Source: Candidatus Woesebacteria bacterium
GTDB lineage: Bacteria; Patescibacteriota; Microgenomatia; UBA1400; MFAQ01
NCBI GenBank assembly: GCA_035389185.1
Contig: DAOORK010000001.1
Location: forward strand, 331,825-395,824
Direction of reading: 5' to 3'
Length of the DNA: 64,000 nt
Shown here piece after piece: positions 10,089 through 20,163 of the stretch (within the stretch, counting starts at the first letter, position 1; the number at the start of each line of letters is the position of its first letter). The notes beneath the pieces are model-generated. The model did no database searches. It was given only the letters and a program-made list of their open reading frames with translations, and had not been told where the DNA came from. A program made the position numbers and the translations under genes.

Positions 10089-11006
10089 TTACGACGACAG
10101 TTTACGTTTAATTTTGAGTAGGAAACGCTTGGTTTTTTTTGATTCAGATTGAATAAGAACTGTCATAAACCAATAACGAAGTTCTCGATATTTCTCCATG
10201 AATAGTTTTTGCCAGATCGGAGTAAAAACACTCGCTTTCTTTGGTTCATGACCCTCAGCTTGCCAAACTTTGAGATAAATAAGCATAACGGAGAACATTT
10301 GTAAGAAAGCAAGAACAAGTCCATGAAGACCATCCTTGTAGCCTTCTCCAGCAAAGAAACGGCTGATAAACTCACTGATTGGTTTGCCAATAATGTCTTT
10401 GGCGTCGAATTTGTAGCCAGAGTCAACAAGCTCTTTGGCTTGCTGGGTGGAGTAGCGAAGAGCTCTTTCAAAATACTCATCGATTGAGTTGTAATGATGA
10501 TGTTCAAGAGCATACTCTTCCTCCGGATCAAGGTTAATTCCGGTACCGGTGGTAATAGGAATTGAATGAATCTCGTTTTGCCATTCAACAGAGTCTTTTT
10601 TGAAAAAACGGATATTGTAATCTGGCCACCAACGTGAGTGTTGGATCCATTGGCCAAAGATAAGATTTTTTCTGGGAATCCTGACAAAGTCAACTGCTTC
10701 TTTTTGGGCGATCTCGATTAGTTTGGCGGCAAGTGATCTAGGAACTCGTTCGTCGGCATCAACAATAAGAACCCATTTCCCCACGGCTTTACTGATGGCG
10801 AAGTTTCTTGCCGGCTCAACATATCCGATCATCTTATGATCAAAGACTTTGTCGGTAAATCTCTTGGCAATTTCCTTGGTGGCATCCGAAGATTCCATAT
10901 CCACAACAATGATCTCGTCAGCAAAAGCAAGAGCTTTGAGACAGTCGGCGATGTTTCTGCTTTCGTTTCTGGTGTTAACAATAGCTGAAATATTTATCTT
11001 GGACAT
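10089..11006 (-). CDS. GT2 glycosyltransferase (WaaE-like)
   Basis: ADEIIVVDMESSD, EPARNFAI, IVDADERV, WWPDYNIRFF, GYKDGLHG. Confidence 0.88.
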   Translation of the reverse strand: MSKINISAIVNTRNESRNIADCLKALAFADEIIVVDMESSDATKEIAKRFTDKVFDHKMIGYVEPARNFAISKAVGKWVLIVDADERVPRSLAAKLIEIAQKEAVDFVRIPRKNLIFGQWIQHSRWWPDYNIRFFKKDSVEWQNEIHSIPITTGTGINLDPEEEYALEHHHYNSIDEYFERALRYSTQQAKELVDSGYKFDAKDIIGKPISEFISRFFAGEGYKDGLHGLVLAFLQMFSVMLIYLKVWQAEGHEPKKASVFTPIWQKLFMEKYRELRYWFMTVLIQSESKKTKRFLLKIKRKLSS

Positions 11007-14000
11007 TATTTTTTTTGATAAACCTTAATTTCTCCCGAGTCGTAGATTTTGGTTAGAGATAAATCGTATGGATTAAGGGTAATTTTTTGTAAAGGTGTCT
11101 CGTAAACATATTTTATGTTATTTTTCTGCAAAAAGTTGTTGGCCCAGACTTTATCTTTGGTGTTGTAAAAACGTTGAATGTCTCTTATTCTCGATTGGTA
11201 CTGGAAACCGGTAATATCCAGGTTGATCGTGTCAGAAAGAAATTCAGGCTGGCCAGAAAGGGCGGAGATATATGCTGAGGAAACATAGGCATACAGAGGT
11301 TTGGGACCAGCAACCCAGTCAGCCTTAACATAAATTGGCGAAAGCACTACCCCTTTTTCTTTTGATTTGAGAGTATCTAAAGCTTTCATTTCCGGATAAC
11401 TGACTCGAGAGGGTGAGGTGTTTCCGAGATAGTCTTTTAGGGTACCGATTGACGTAAAGGTTGCTACTAGAAGAAACAGTGTTATCACAAAGACGGCGAT
11501 TGTTTTTGTTCGGAAACGAGAAAGGAGTCGAGATAGATACTCGGCAGTGAATAATCCCAGGAAAAATAGAGAATAATACATGAACTGTATCGTATTCCAA
11601 GGATTAATTTTTTGAGTGATAAATAGAGGCAAAACAATTCCCAATACGATGATTACAGAAACGATCTTTCGAGAGATGTCTGTGTTTTTGTCTTTGGCGA
11701 TGGAGAAAAAACCAAAAATCCGCATACCTAAGTTTCCAACAAGGAAGGCCAAGACAGAGAAAAGGTTTACTGCAAATAACTTAAGAAAATTCCCAGATGC
11801 CTCATAAGCTTGCCAAGCCTCAACAAACTTTGGCCAGTAAAAACGATCATATGAGGCGAAGAGACTACGAGGAAACCAAAGAGGATCGAAGATAAAAGGC
11901 GAACCTGAGAAGGAGGATAGAGGTAGTGTAATTAAAGCTCCGATAATGCCAACCACAATCAAGATCGAGAGACGTCTGGTAAACAAGAGGGCAAGACAAA
12001 GAAGAACAAAGGCATAGATTTTTGTTTGAGCAAGCAAACCACCCAAAAGAGCGAGTTTAATAAATTGAAGTGCTTTTATTTTCCCTTCTGAAGGAAGATT
12101 AAGTAAAAATAATAAGAGAAAAATAAGCGAAAGAGCATAAGGTGGATTAAGAAAAATTGAGGCAGATTGGTTGGCCCAGAAAGATGATTCTCCTGAGAAA
12201 ACATTTTGGCTGGTCAGTAGTTTGGGTATGAAGCCAAAAGAGCCGGCAAAGAAGACAAGAAGAAAGCCAAAAATCTTGGTGGTTTTTGAATAGTGCCATT
12301 TTTCCATTAAACGGTCTAAGAGGAAAACGAGGGCAAAGCAAAACAAAATGGGTAAAAAACGAAAATAAAGGGTGCTCGCCGGAATATTAAAGAACCATGA
12401 TAAAAGACCGGAAAAATAATCAAAAACAAAGTGATAGTTGGTCAATTTTTCACCGGCATACTGAGGATGAGAAAGGTCTAGCGGATTTTGAGAAAACTTT
12501 TCAATTAGTGAAAGATGAAAAATAGCATCATGGCCGTTGGGTCCAAAATACCCTTGACCAAAGGAAAAATTGAGACCATTACGAAATACAGTCAAACAAA
12601 CAATAAAGGCACAGAGAAAACCGAATAAAAGAGTTGAGGGTATTTTTGGTTTGCCTTTCTTGATAATTTTTTTGATAAGTAGAACCAGAAAAAAGAATAT
12701 TACAACCCAGAATAACCAAGAGTACTGAGCATAGTCTTTAAGTGGCGTGTGGGGACTTGCCTGCCAAGTAGTTTCTTGTTTATTGTTTAGTATTTTTATA
12801 TCAGCGGATTCAATGACAGGAGCCACGATATTGACGAATTTGATCGAGTCCGGTAGAAGATATATTTTTTGATTACCATTTTCCAGAGTTATTTGCCAGA
12901 GATCCCATTGTTTGTCATAGGTAGTTTTGAATTGAGAAAGATCAATATTGAGAGTAAGTTCCGATCCTGGTGTTTTGACCGAATCAATAATGGCTGGTAT
13001 TTCGGAATAAAGATCGGTTGTTTGATTGGGAACAGCAAAATAATCTTCATATATTTCCCGATTGTAGACGCGGAAATCAATTATCTGGGTTTGACCGTTA
13101 GCGGTCTTTAAGCCAATACGATAGCGATAACTTTGGTACCAGAACACCTCACCATTTTCCCTATTGGTGGAGTCTAGGGTTCGATAAAAGTATGTGGGGC
13201 TACTTTCCGGATAATAAGCTTTTACGATGTTCCCCAGCTCGGCTAAACTGACATACTCAAGATTATATTTTTCTCTATTTTTTTCCAGTAAACGATAAGT
13301 GCTGCTAATCTCTTTTTGATACAAATCAAGGCTGTAGTCATTTTCTAATCCCAGATTGATATGAGAAAGTTCATTGAATCCTTTCTGGGTATATTGAGCC
13401 AACAATTTTTCAAAATAGGTTGTATCAAGACCATAAGATAGATAATCATTAACCTGAACAGAGTAAGAAAATGCACCGGCTGTTCCGTAAAAGTTATAAA
13501 GGTCTCTTTGGGCCCATCGAACCATAATTAGGTTAATACGATTCTTAGCACTAGCGGCAGGGATCAATGAGTTATTTTTGTCCGGATAATAAGGACTGCC
13601 TACATAGCCTCCCCAAATGCGATAGTGATCGGTGCTGTATTGGTCATCGCAGTTCATAGCAGTAAGAATTGAGTATCTCGTTTGAAGATACTGAAGGGAA
13701 TAGCTATCAAGATCCCAAGCAGATACAGCAGTCGGATAAAAACCAAAACGATCAAAGAAAGCCTTCATATAAGTATCAATTAGTTTCAAACGATCTTTTT
13801 GGGAATAGCCGGATAAGAAAATACGATTGGGATTGGACATGTATGTTCCAGGTGGATAAACAACACCTGCTTGGGCGGTGAGGGATGGTGTGATTTCCAG
13901 AAAAGCTCCGAGAGATTGATTCTTGTCAGTTTCAAAGAGATCAGCGAAATAGGCTGAGATAGTAGCACTCGAAACTGCATCGAAACGGAGAAGCCAGGTA

Positions 14001-14200
14001 ACGGGATAAGCCGAATGAGTGGACTCTTGATACTGGAATCTAGGTAGATCCAGGGGTGTTTGATTTGGCTCTGACCAACCTTCATAACCTCTCACCGGAT
14101 TGGAAATAGTGACGAAGGCATTCTTTCCGAAAGCTAGTGTTGATTGAGGAAACAACAAAAGGATTAAGGGGACAAGTAGAGGAAGAAGTTTCTTAAACAT
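11006..14200 (-). CDS. Large membrane protein: signal peptide, glycoside hydrolase/deacetylase-like barrel domain, then GT-C-like multi-TM domain
   Basis: Start MFKKLLPLL (signal peptide ending STLA-F). YPVTWLLRFDA, FLSGYS..DR.KLID...FF.RFG.YP, WGGY...PYYP. C-terminal half has HDAIFHLSLI, YHFVFD and many TMs. Confidence 0.6.
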   Translation of the reverse strand: MFKKLLPLLVPLILLLFPQSTLAFGKNAFVTISNPVRGYEGWSEPNQTPLDLPRFQYQESTHSAYPVTWLLRFDAVSSATISAYFADLFETDKNQSLGAFLEITPSLTAQAGVVYPPGTYMSNPNRIFLSGYSQKDRLKLIDTYMKAFFDRFGFYPTAVSAWDLDSYSLQYLQTRYSILTAMNCDDQYSTDHYRIWGGYVGSPYYPDKNNSLIPAASAKNRINLIMVRWAQRDLYNFYGTAGAFSYSVQVNDYLSYGLDTTYFEKLLAQYTQKGFNELSHINLGLENDYSLDLYQKEISSTYRLLEKNREKYNLEYVSLAELGNIVKAYYPESSPTYFYRTLDSTNRENGEVFWYQSYRYRIGLKTANGQTQIIDFRVYNREIYEDYFAVPNQTTDLYSEIPAIIDSVKTPGSELTLNIDLSQFKTTYDKQWDLWQITLENGNQKIYLLPDSIKFVNIVAPVIESADIKILNNKQETTWQASPHTPLKDYAQYSWLFWVVIFFFLVLLIKKIIKKGKPKIPSTLLFGFLCAFIVCLTVFRNGLNFSFGQGYFGPNGHDAIFHLSLIEKFSQNPLDLSHPQYAGEKLTNYHFVFDYFSGLLSWFFNIPASTLYFRFLPILFCFALVFLLDRLMEKWHYSKTTKIFGFLLVFFAGSFGFIPKLLTSQNVFSGESSFWANQSASIFLNPPYALSLIFLLLFLLNLPSEGKIKALQFIKLALLGGLLAQTKIYAFVLLCLALLFTRRLSILIVVGIIGALITLPLSSFSGSPFIFDPLWFPRSLFASYDRFYWPKFVEAWQAYEASGNFLKLFAVNLFSVLAFLVGNLGMRIFGFFSIAKDKNTDISRKIVSVIIVLGIVLPLFITQKINPWNTIQFMYYSLFFLGLFTAEYLSRLLSRFRTKTIAVFVITLFLLVATFTSIGTLKDYLGNTSPSRVSYPEMKALDTLKSKEKGVVLSPIYVKADWVAGPKPLYAYVSSAYISALSGQPEFLSDTINLDITGFQYQSRIRDIQRFYNTKDKVWANNFLQKNNIKYVYETPLQKITLNPYDLSLTKIYDSGEIKVYQKK

Positions 14201-15668
14201 GTTTAATTTTAAAGTAGTTGATGGTGTTGGTGATAAAGGTAATGCCTTCAACAAGAATAATGGTACCAAAATAAATGGCCGCGGCAAAAACACCAATTAA
14301 GGTTAAACGTAAAACTGAGGTGCCATAGTGAGAAAGAATAGCCAGAAAACCACTCATAACTAGGGTTCCCAGTAAAGGCGTCTTGAGGATGCGCCAGAGA
14401 TTAAATTGAACATATTTACGAGCCATGAAGATTGTGACTATCGAAGATGTGGCAATAATGGCAACGGCGTAAGCAACACCTATGTAACCGTATTTAAGTG
14501 AGAGGAAGGGCATGGTAATCCAAGTCAAACCGGTCCACATGAGCATTAGTTTGAAAGTTGACTTGATGTGACCAGTGGCATTTAAGAGGTTGGTGAGACT
14601 GGTAGAAATACTGGCCCAGGCGGAGTTGTAGAGATAAATATATAAAGGAATAAGAGCGGGTAACCATTTGGTGTATTTGGGAATAATATCAACAAGAGGC
14701 GCGGCAAAGAAACCGAGACCGGCAAGAATTGGAAAAATAGCCAGACACATATATTTGAGACTAACTTCAACGGCACGAGCTAATTTTTCTTTATCATGCT
14801 GTAAACGAGCAAAGGTGGGAAAGGATACTTTGGTGAGGTTGTCCATGACAATTCTAAGTGGCAGGCCTGCCCACTTGCTGGCCCAACCAATATATCCTAG
14901 GCCGGTTGTGCCGATGATCTTGGTGAGAATAATGGTCATGCCATCATCTTTGAGAACTGACAGAAAAGTGTTTGCCTGATAAGGAACTCCAAACCTAAGT
15001 AATGATTTAAGAGACTGACGGTAAATACCAATGATTGGTTTCCAGGGATAAACAAGGTACATGGCGATTAGGCCAACGACTCCTCGACCCAGTACGGCGT
15101 AAGTAAAAGCGTTGATACCATATCCCTTCCAGGCGAAAAATACAGCAACAAAGTTGAAAACAAGAGTTTCAAGAATTTGAGGCAAAATTAATTTGTTGAA
15201 CTTAATCTCTCTTTCAAGCATGATAGAAGGAATGGTTTTGAGGGAACTTAAAAAGAGCGATATGCCCATGGCATAGAGTAGATATAGACCACTCTGATCC
15301 ATGTGGTAAGTAGTCTTAATAAAAGGACTGACGATAAATAAAACGAGTAAAAGCGACAAAACTAGAATCTGCTGAATTGAAAAAGTGGTAGCGAGATCCT
15401 CTTTGGTAATATTTTCTTTTTTTTGGATAAGAGCGGCGGCAAGACCAACATCAGAAAAGTAACCAAGAAAGTTAACTACGGAACTAACAAGATAATAAAC
15501 ACCATAGATATTGGGGTCGAGAAAAATTGTTAGAGCAAGGGTGGCAATAAAAGAAATAATTTGAATCACAAAAGTGCGAGAAATTAAGGCCAACACTCCC
15601 GATATTGAACGGCGTTTGACTTCTTGATACTCAAGTATTTCCTGATTGTCAGGGATGTCGTCGAGCAT
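14193..15668 (-). CDS. Wzx-type oligosaccharide flippase (PST/MOP family)
   Basis: About 12 TMs; FSDVGLAAALIQKK, LLRFG, GYIGWA, SFPTFARLQHD. Confidence 0.88.
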   Translation of the reverse strand: MLDDIPDNQEILEYQEVKRRSISGVLALISRTFVIQIISFIATLALTIFLDPNIYGVYYLVSSVVNFLGYFSDVGLAAALIQKKENITKEDLATTFSIQQILVLSLLLVLFIVSPFIKTTYHMDQSGLYLLYAMGISLFLSSLKTIPSIMLEREIKFNKLILPQILETLVFNFVAVFFAWKGYGINAFTYAVLGRGVVGLIAMYLVYPWKPIIGIYRQSLKSLLRFGVPYQANTFLSVLKDDGMTIILTKIIGTTGLGYIGWASKWAGLPLRIVMDNLTKVSFPTFARLQHDKEKLARAVEVSLKYMCLAIFPILAGLGFFAAPLVDIIPKYTKWLPALIPLYIYLYNSAWASISTSLTNLLNATGHIKSTFKLMLMWTGLTWITMPFLSLKYGYIGVAYAVAIIATSSIVTIFMARKYVQFNLWRILKTPLLGTLVMSGFLAILSHYGTSVLRLTLIGVFAAAIYFGTIILVEGITFITNTINYFKIKHV

Positions 15669-17361
15669 AAAGTGCAAGTCTTAATAATATGAAGATGGAG
15701 CTAAGGGTAAGTAAATCAGAAAAAAGGCGAATGGGAGTGTAACCTATTTTAGCGTAAAGGGAGTGAGTCCCCTGAGGTACGGTAATGATAACCCGACCCA
15801 GGTCCGGATCGTAGGCAGAAGTCACTTTGTGCCCATCCATCTTAGTTACGAGTCCTGGAAAAGAGAAAAGCGGCAACATAATTTTGGCCGAAGAAGAAGA
15901 TACTTTGGCATCCAGTTTCATCCAGTTGGTACCAGAAACAAAGTTTTCTATACCCCCATAACCTTCAATATATTGAGGAATGGTGAAGGCCGGGTCCCCT
16001 GGAGGTGCAGCGGCGGTACGAGGTAAATAATCAAAAATTCCACTGGTAACTTGAAGTTCCCATTGACGCCCGGCCATTTTTTCGGCGAGAGAGACTCTTG
16101 TATGTCTCTCAACATGAAAGAAGGTTATATTGGTGAGAATAATACCCAGTGAGGCGATGACAAATAATAGAGGTTTTACTATTTTTGGAAGACGAAGCTT
16201 GGTAATATAACCAGCGGCTAAGGAGAAGTAAAAAACAATCAAGGCAACTAATCTCCAGGGAAATTGGGCATATTGTAATAAGGAGAGATGATCCCAGATA
16301 AAGAAAGAGCGACTATGAGTGAGAAAAGCATAAACAAAACCAAGGGCTGTGGCCATAAGAACCATCAGGGAGACTGTCTTGTCTTTTTTGAAACGAAAAA
16401 GAGCTATCAACGAAGCAATAAGGACAGCCGCAAGCTGTATTTGACCGACAGAAAAAGACATACCATCTTCGGGACCATAAGTTGAACCGCCATACCCCCA
16501 GAACCGAGAGAAAAAAAGCTGATTAATATCGGCATAGTGGGCCATAAAGTTGAAGTATCCGGAAATCATGGAATCGACATGGACATATTTTTGTTCGAGA
16601 ACTTCGGGAATAAAGAAAAAAGCAGATAAGCCAACTCCCAGAAGGCCAGAAAGAATGATCGGCTTTATCGTCGAGTATTTTTTTGTCCGCCATATCCAGA
16701 AAATTGCCCAAAGTAGAGCACTAGGTGCAAAAACCATGGTCATAACATTGTGAGACGTTAGCTGACCGGCAAGACAGACAGCAAAGAGAAGGAAATTTTT
16801 CCAAGAGAATTTTTTGACGATAAGGTTGTAAAGAAAAAGGAGTACAAAAGGAAACCAAACCATCCCCCAGGCTTCGTTTTGGGCTCCTCGGACATAGACA
16901 TCAACTGAGTGATATGGGGCATAAACATACAAAAGAGACGAAATAATACCTCCCCACTTGCCAAAAAATTCTTTGGCAAGGAGATACATTCCCCAACCAG
17001 ACATAAGAATAGAAAGAACAAACATAATTTTTACCGGCCAAAAGTAGCCAAGCCCCAGTAGAGTAAGCAGTTCCATAGGATAGTAAGGCATAGGAGGGTA
17101 AAACTGCATCAAAGGGTAACCATAACCATATCCCCCATCAGGAACCCAACGGCAGGGTATCTGACCGTCATGGATACACTTATCAAGTTCGTAGAGACGA
17201 AAAACCTGCATGTCATCATGCATCGTGAAGTAGCCAGGAGTGAGAAGGTCCTTAACAGCAGGTAGGAGAAGAATAAATAATAAAAGACCTACCCGATAAC
17301 GCCAGATTATTTTCCATAAGGAGGACAACTTGCCAGTAAAAGTAAACTTCATTGAGTTCAT
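15649..17361 (-). CDS. YfhO/PTPS-related GT-C membrane protein
   Basis: TMHDD..VFRL, CRWVPD..YGYGYPL..FYPP, YAPYH..DVYVRGA..E, QFPWRL. Confidence 0.78.
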   Translation of the reverse strand: MNSMKFTFTGKLSSLWKIIWRYRVGLLLFILLLPAVKDLLTPGYFTMHDDMQVFRLYELDKCIHDGQIPCRWVPDGGYGYGYPLMQFYPPMPYYPMELLTLLGLGYFWPVKIMFVLSILMSGWGMYLLAKEFFGKWGGIISSLLYVYAPYHSVDVYVRGAQNEAWGMVWFPFVLLFLYNLIVKKFSWKNFLLFAVCLAGQLTSHNVMTMVFAPSALLWAIFWIWRTKKYSTIKPIILSGLLGVGLSAFFFIPEVLEQKYVHVDSMISGYFNFMAHYADINQLFFSRFWGYGGSTYGPEDGMSFSVGQIQLAAVLIASLIALFRFKKDKTVSLMVLMATALGFVYAFLTHSRSFFIWDHLSLLQYAQFPWRLVALIVFYFSLAAGYITKLRLPKIVKPLLFVIASLGIILTNITFFHVERHTRVSLAEKMAGRQWELQVTSGIFDYLPRTAAAPPGDPAFTIPQYIEGYGGIENFVSGTNWMKLDAKVSSSSAKIMLPLFSFPGLVTKMDGHKVTSAYDPDLGRVIITVPQGTHSLYAKIGYTPIRLFSDLLTLSSIFILLRLALYARRHP

Positions 17362-18875
17362 TATAAAGAGTTTGGCAGGTAGAGGTAAAGTTGAAGTACC
17401 TCCTGAGAACCATCGGTGCGTGCTGGTTTGGGATATTCTTTAACAAGTTGTAAAGCATCCAAAGCTCCAGCGTTAAGATGATTCCGAGATTTATTGACAA
17501 TTAAAAAGCGTTCGTTTTCCGGAGAAGTATTGGCTAGGCCTTCAGGAATGGACCCAACGTAGGGACTTGAACCAACAACGGTGATGTTTTTGTGTCCGTT
17601 GGTGTAAATCTGAATACCGTCGGGAAGAGAACCAAAAAATCCTTCAGTAAAAGCAACTACCTTTTTACCTTGGCTTTCGAGATCGAGGAAATAGATGGCG
17701 ATTTCTTTCTGGCCCCAACCGGCAGTCCATTCTTCGAGATAACCGTTGCGCATGTCGAACGAAAGAGGGGCCCTTTCGGGATTAAATACACAAAAATAAG
17801 AAATGATCACCGGGACGACTAAAAGAATTATTGGGGACAATTTGATAAGAATCCCCTTGCGGCTGATGAGCCAGGACAAACCAAGCCCACAAAGAGGAAT
17901 TAGAGGATAAACAGCAAATAGGGCATATCTGCTTGTATAAACTTTGGCAATGGCGGCTTGACCGATTAGAGGAATCAAGGCAACCAAACAAAGAAAAAGA
18001 CCGGGCAAACGAGTTTTTTTGGGGAAGAAACTGAGAATTATGGCAACTAGGATAGAAGGAGTAAAAAGCAGCCAAAGCCAGTTAGCAGTGGTCTTTAAGT
18101 TACCGATGAGAGGACTAAGGGGATGACCCAGAACCTCTTTCCAGGTGAACAGATAATCTTGATTACGGGCACCAATCATTTCGAAAGCGGGTCCTAAACG
18201 AAGAATGGCATACATTGCTTGAGAGATAATTATGGCGGCCAGAAGACCGAGGGTTAAACTACCAAGATCACGAAGTTTGAGTTGCTTGAAAGGTGTAAAG
18301 CACAAGATGGAGACAACCAACCAGACATAGAAAAAGATGGCTGGTGACTTGGTGAGCATTCCACCCCCAAGTGCAAATCCAAGTAGCATAGCGTAATCCA
18401 ACCGACGGGTTTTGGCAAAGAAAATGGAGAAAACGAGAGACCAGACTCCAAACATGGCCAGAAGAGAGTCGGCAAGGGCCATCCGATCAAAAAAGACAGT
18501 ATAAGGCAAGGCTGAGTAAACAAGAGCTGTCAAAGCGGCAACAAGAACGTTACCAAAAAGTAGAAAGGCCAGAAGGGCAATACCTACAAGTGATCCAAAG
18601 CCGGCAACAACAGAAACCAAACGTCCGGCAACCAATGGATCAGAACTTATCTTAAAGAAAGGAACTGTGGCCCACATAAAAAACGGCTGTTTGCCATCAG
18701 TTTGGGGAATAAAACGAAGATTTGGTTCATTTTTGATGATTTGAGACCAGCGAACATAAATTGCTTCATCGACAAAAACGGGAATTTTGTTGAGTTGGGA
18801 GAGACGAAAGAAAAAGAAAGCAAAGATGGCAAGAAGAAAAATAGCGATTGTCAGTAATTTCTTATTTTTGGTCAT
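17361..18875 (-). CDS. GT-C (PMT_2-like) membrane glycosyltransferase
   Basis: PVFVDEAIYVRW, DGKQPFFMW, FFDRMALADSLL, LTKSPA. Confidence 0.8.
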   Translation of the reverse strand: MTKNKKLLTIAIFLLAIFAFFFFRLSQLNKIPVFVDEAIYVRWSQIIKNEPNLRFIPQTDGKQPFFMWATVPFFKISSDPLVAGRLVSVVAGFGSLVGIALLAFLLFGNVLVAALTALVYSALPYTVFFDRMALADSLLAMFGVWSLVFSIFFAKTRRLDYAMLLGFALGGGMLTKSPAIFFYVWLVVSILCFTPFKQLKLRDLGSLTLGLLAAIIISQAMYAILRLGPAFEMIGARNQDYLFTWKEVLGHPLSPLIGNLKTTANWLWLLFTPSILVAIILSFFPKKTRLPGLFLCLVALIPLIGQAAIAKVYTSRYALFAVYPLIPLCGLGLSWLISRKGILIKLSPIILLVVPVIISYFCVFNPERAPLSFDMRNGYLEEWTAGWGQKEIAIYFLDLESQGKKVVAFTEGFFGSLPDGIQIYTNGHKNITVVGSSPYVGSIPEGLANTSPENERFLIVNKSRNHLNAGALDALQLVKEYPKPARTDGSQEVLQLYLYLPNSL

Positions 18876-19623
18876 ACAATCCTTTGATGTCGTTTAATTT
18901 TACCTGGAGGATCTGCTTTAACATGTCCGTTGATTCCTTGATGAAGCGTTTATTCTTGTTGGTGGAGATATCTTCATCTTTCCAGGAAACATCGACCTCT
19001 TTTAGCTTGTAGCCATATTTTTCAGCAAGGAAGAGCAGTTCAACATCAAAAGCGGAGACGGTCCAACCCTTTGATTCTTTTTCTTCCTTTAAAACGGACA
19101 GTTTGGGGAAAATTTCTTTGGCCACTTTGGTTTTGAAAGACTTAAAACCACATTGAGTATCAGTGACATCACGAAGAAGGAAAAAACCTCTAATAAAACG
19201 GAAGCCCCAGGAGGTCAACTGGCGGTACCAAGGGAAGTTTTTTCTGGCTCGGCCACGAGAACCAAAAACGACATCAAAGCCTTCATCAAACCAAGGAAGA
19301 AGTTTTTCGACCTCTTTTAGGGGTGTGGATTGATCCATGTCTGCAAAAAGAACAATGTCGCCTTTGGCGGCCTTAATACCAGCCCAGACAGCTTTAGCTT
19401 TCCCCCCATGAAGGTTGGGCAGAACACGAAATCCCGAGTGACTGCGAGCATATTTTTCGGCATCTTCTCGACTACCATCGGTGGAACCGTCATCGCTGAT
19501 AAGCACTTCCCAAGCGTAGTCGGTTTTGTGGAGATAATGATTAACCTGATCCAGAACTCCCCTATCTAGGTTTTCTTTTTCGTTGAAGTTGGGAATAACG
19601 ATTGATAGTTTTGGATTGGCCAT
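18862..19623 (-). CDS. Polyprenol/dolichyl-phosphate beta-glucosyltransferase-like GT2
   Basis: DDGSTDG, HGGKA.AV..GI, FADMDQSTP, DTQCGFK, FDVELL. Confidence 0.85.
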   Translation of the reverse strand: MANPKLSIVIPNFNEKENLDRGVLDQVNHYLHKTDYAWEVLISDDGSTDGSREDAEKYARSHSGFRVLPNLHGGKAKAVWAGIKAAKGDIVLFADMDQSTPLKEVEKLLPWFDEGFDVVFGSRGRARKNFPWYRQLTSWGFRFIRGFFLLRDVTDTQCGFKSFKTKVAKEIFPKLSVLKEEKESKGWTVSAFDVELLFLAEKYGYKLKEVDVSWKDEDISTNKNKRFIKESTDMLKQILQVKLNDIKGLYDQK

Positions 19624-19626
19624 AGT

Positions 19627-20163
19627 TTATTTGAAGACGGTGTCTCTGTAATATTTTAACTCATCGATTGATTCCAAAATATCATCGTGAGCCCGATGAG
19701 GTTCAACTTTAGAAAAAGGTTTGTTGTGAGGATACCAACGACCAGCAAGCTCTTTAATGGTAGAGACGTCAATAATACGATAGTGAACAAAATCAGCCAG
19801 CTTGGGCATCTGAATCCTAAGGAATTCCCGATCGATGTGGATAGAGTTGCCGGCAAAAAGAGCCGTGTTTTTGGGACAGTGTTTTTTGAGAAAAGAAAGA
19901 GTTTTTTCTTCTGCTTCGTCTGTGGATATTTTTGATTCATGAATTTCATTGAGAAGACCCGACTCGGCAAAATGTTCCTGGCACCAATCGTTAATTTTGT
20001 TCATCACTGAAGCCGGATGATGAATAACGATGTCTGGACCTTCGGCAACAACGTTTAGTTCGGCGTCGGAAATAATAGTCGCAATTTCAACAATTTTATC
20101 TTTTTCTGGATCAAGACCGGTCATCTCTAGATCAAGCCAGATGAGTTTACCGTTGGTAATCAT
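19627..20163 (-). CDS. orn: Oligoribonuclease (DEDDh exonuclease)
   Basis: WLDLEMTGLD, GNSIHIDREFL, HYRIIDVSTIKELA, HRAHDDILESI.EL. Start MITNGKL at 20163. Confidence 0.93.
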   Translation of the reverse strand: MITNGKLIWLDLEMTGLDPEKDKIVEIATIISDAELNVVAEGPDIVIHHPASVMNKINDWCQEHFAESGLLNEIHESKISTDEAEEKTLSFLKKHCPKNTALFAGNSIHIDREFLRIQMPKLADFVHYRIIDVSTIKELAGRWYPHNKPFSKVEPHRAHDDILESIDELKYYRDTVFK

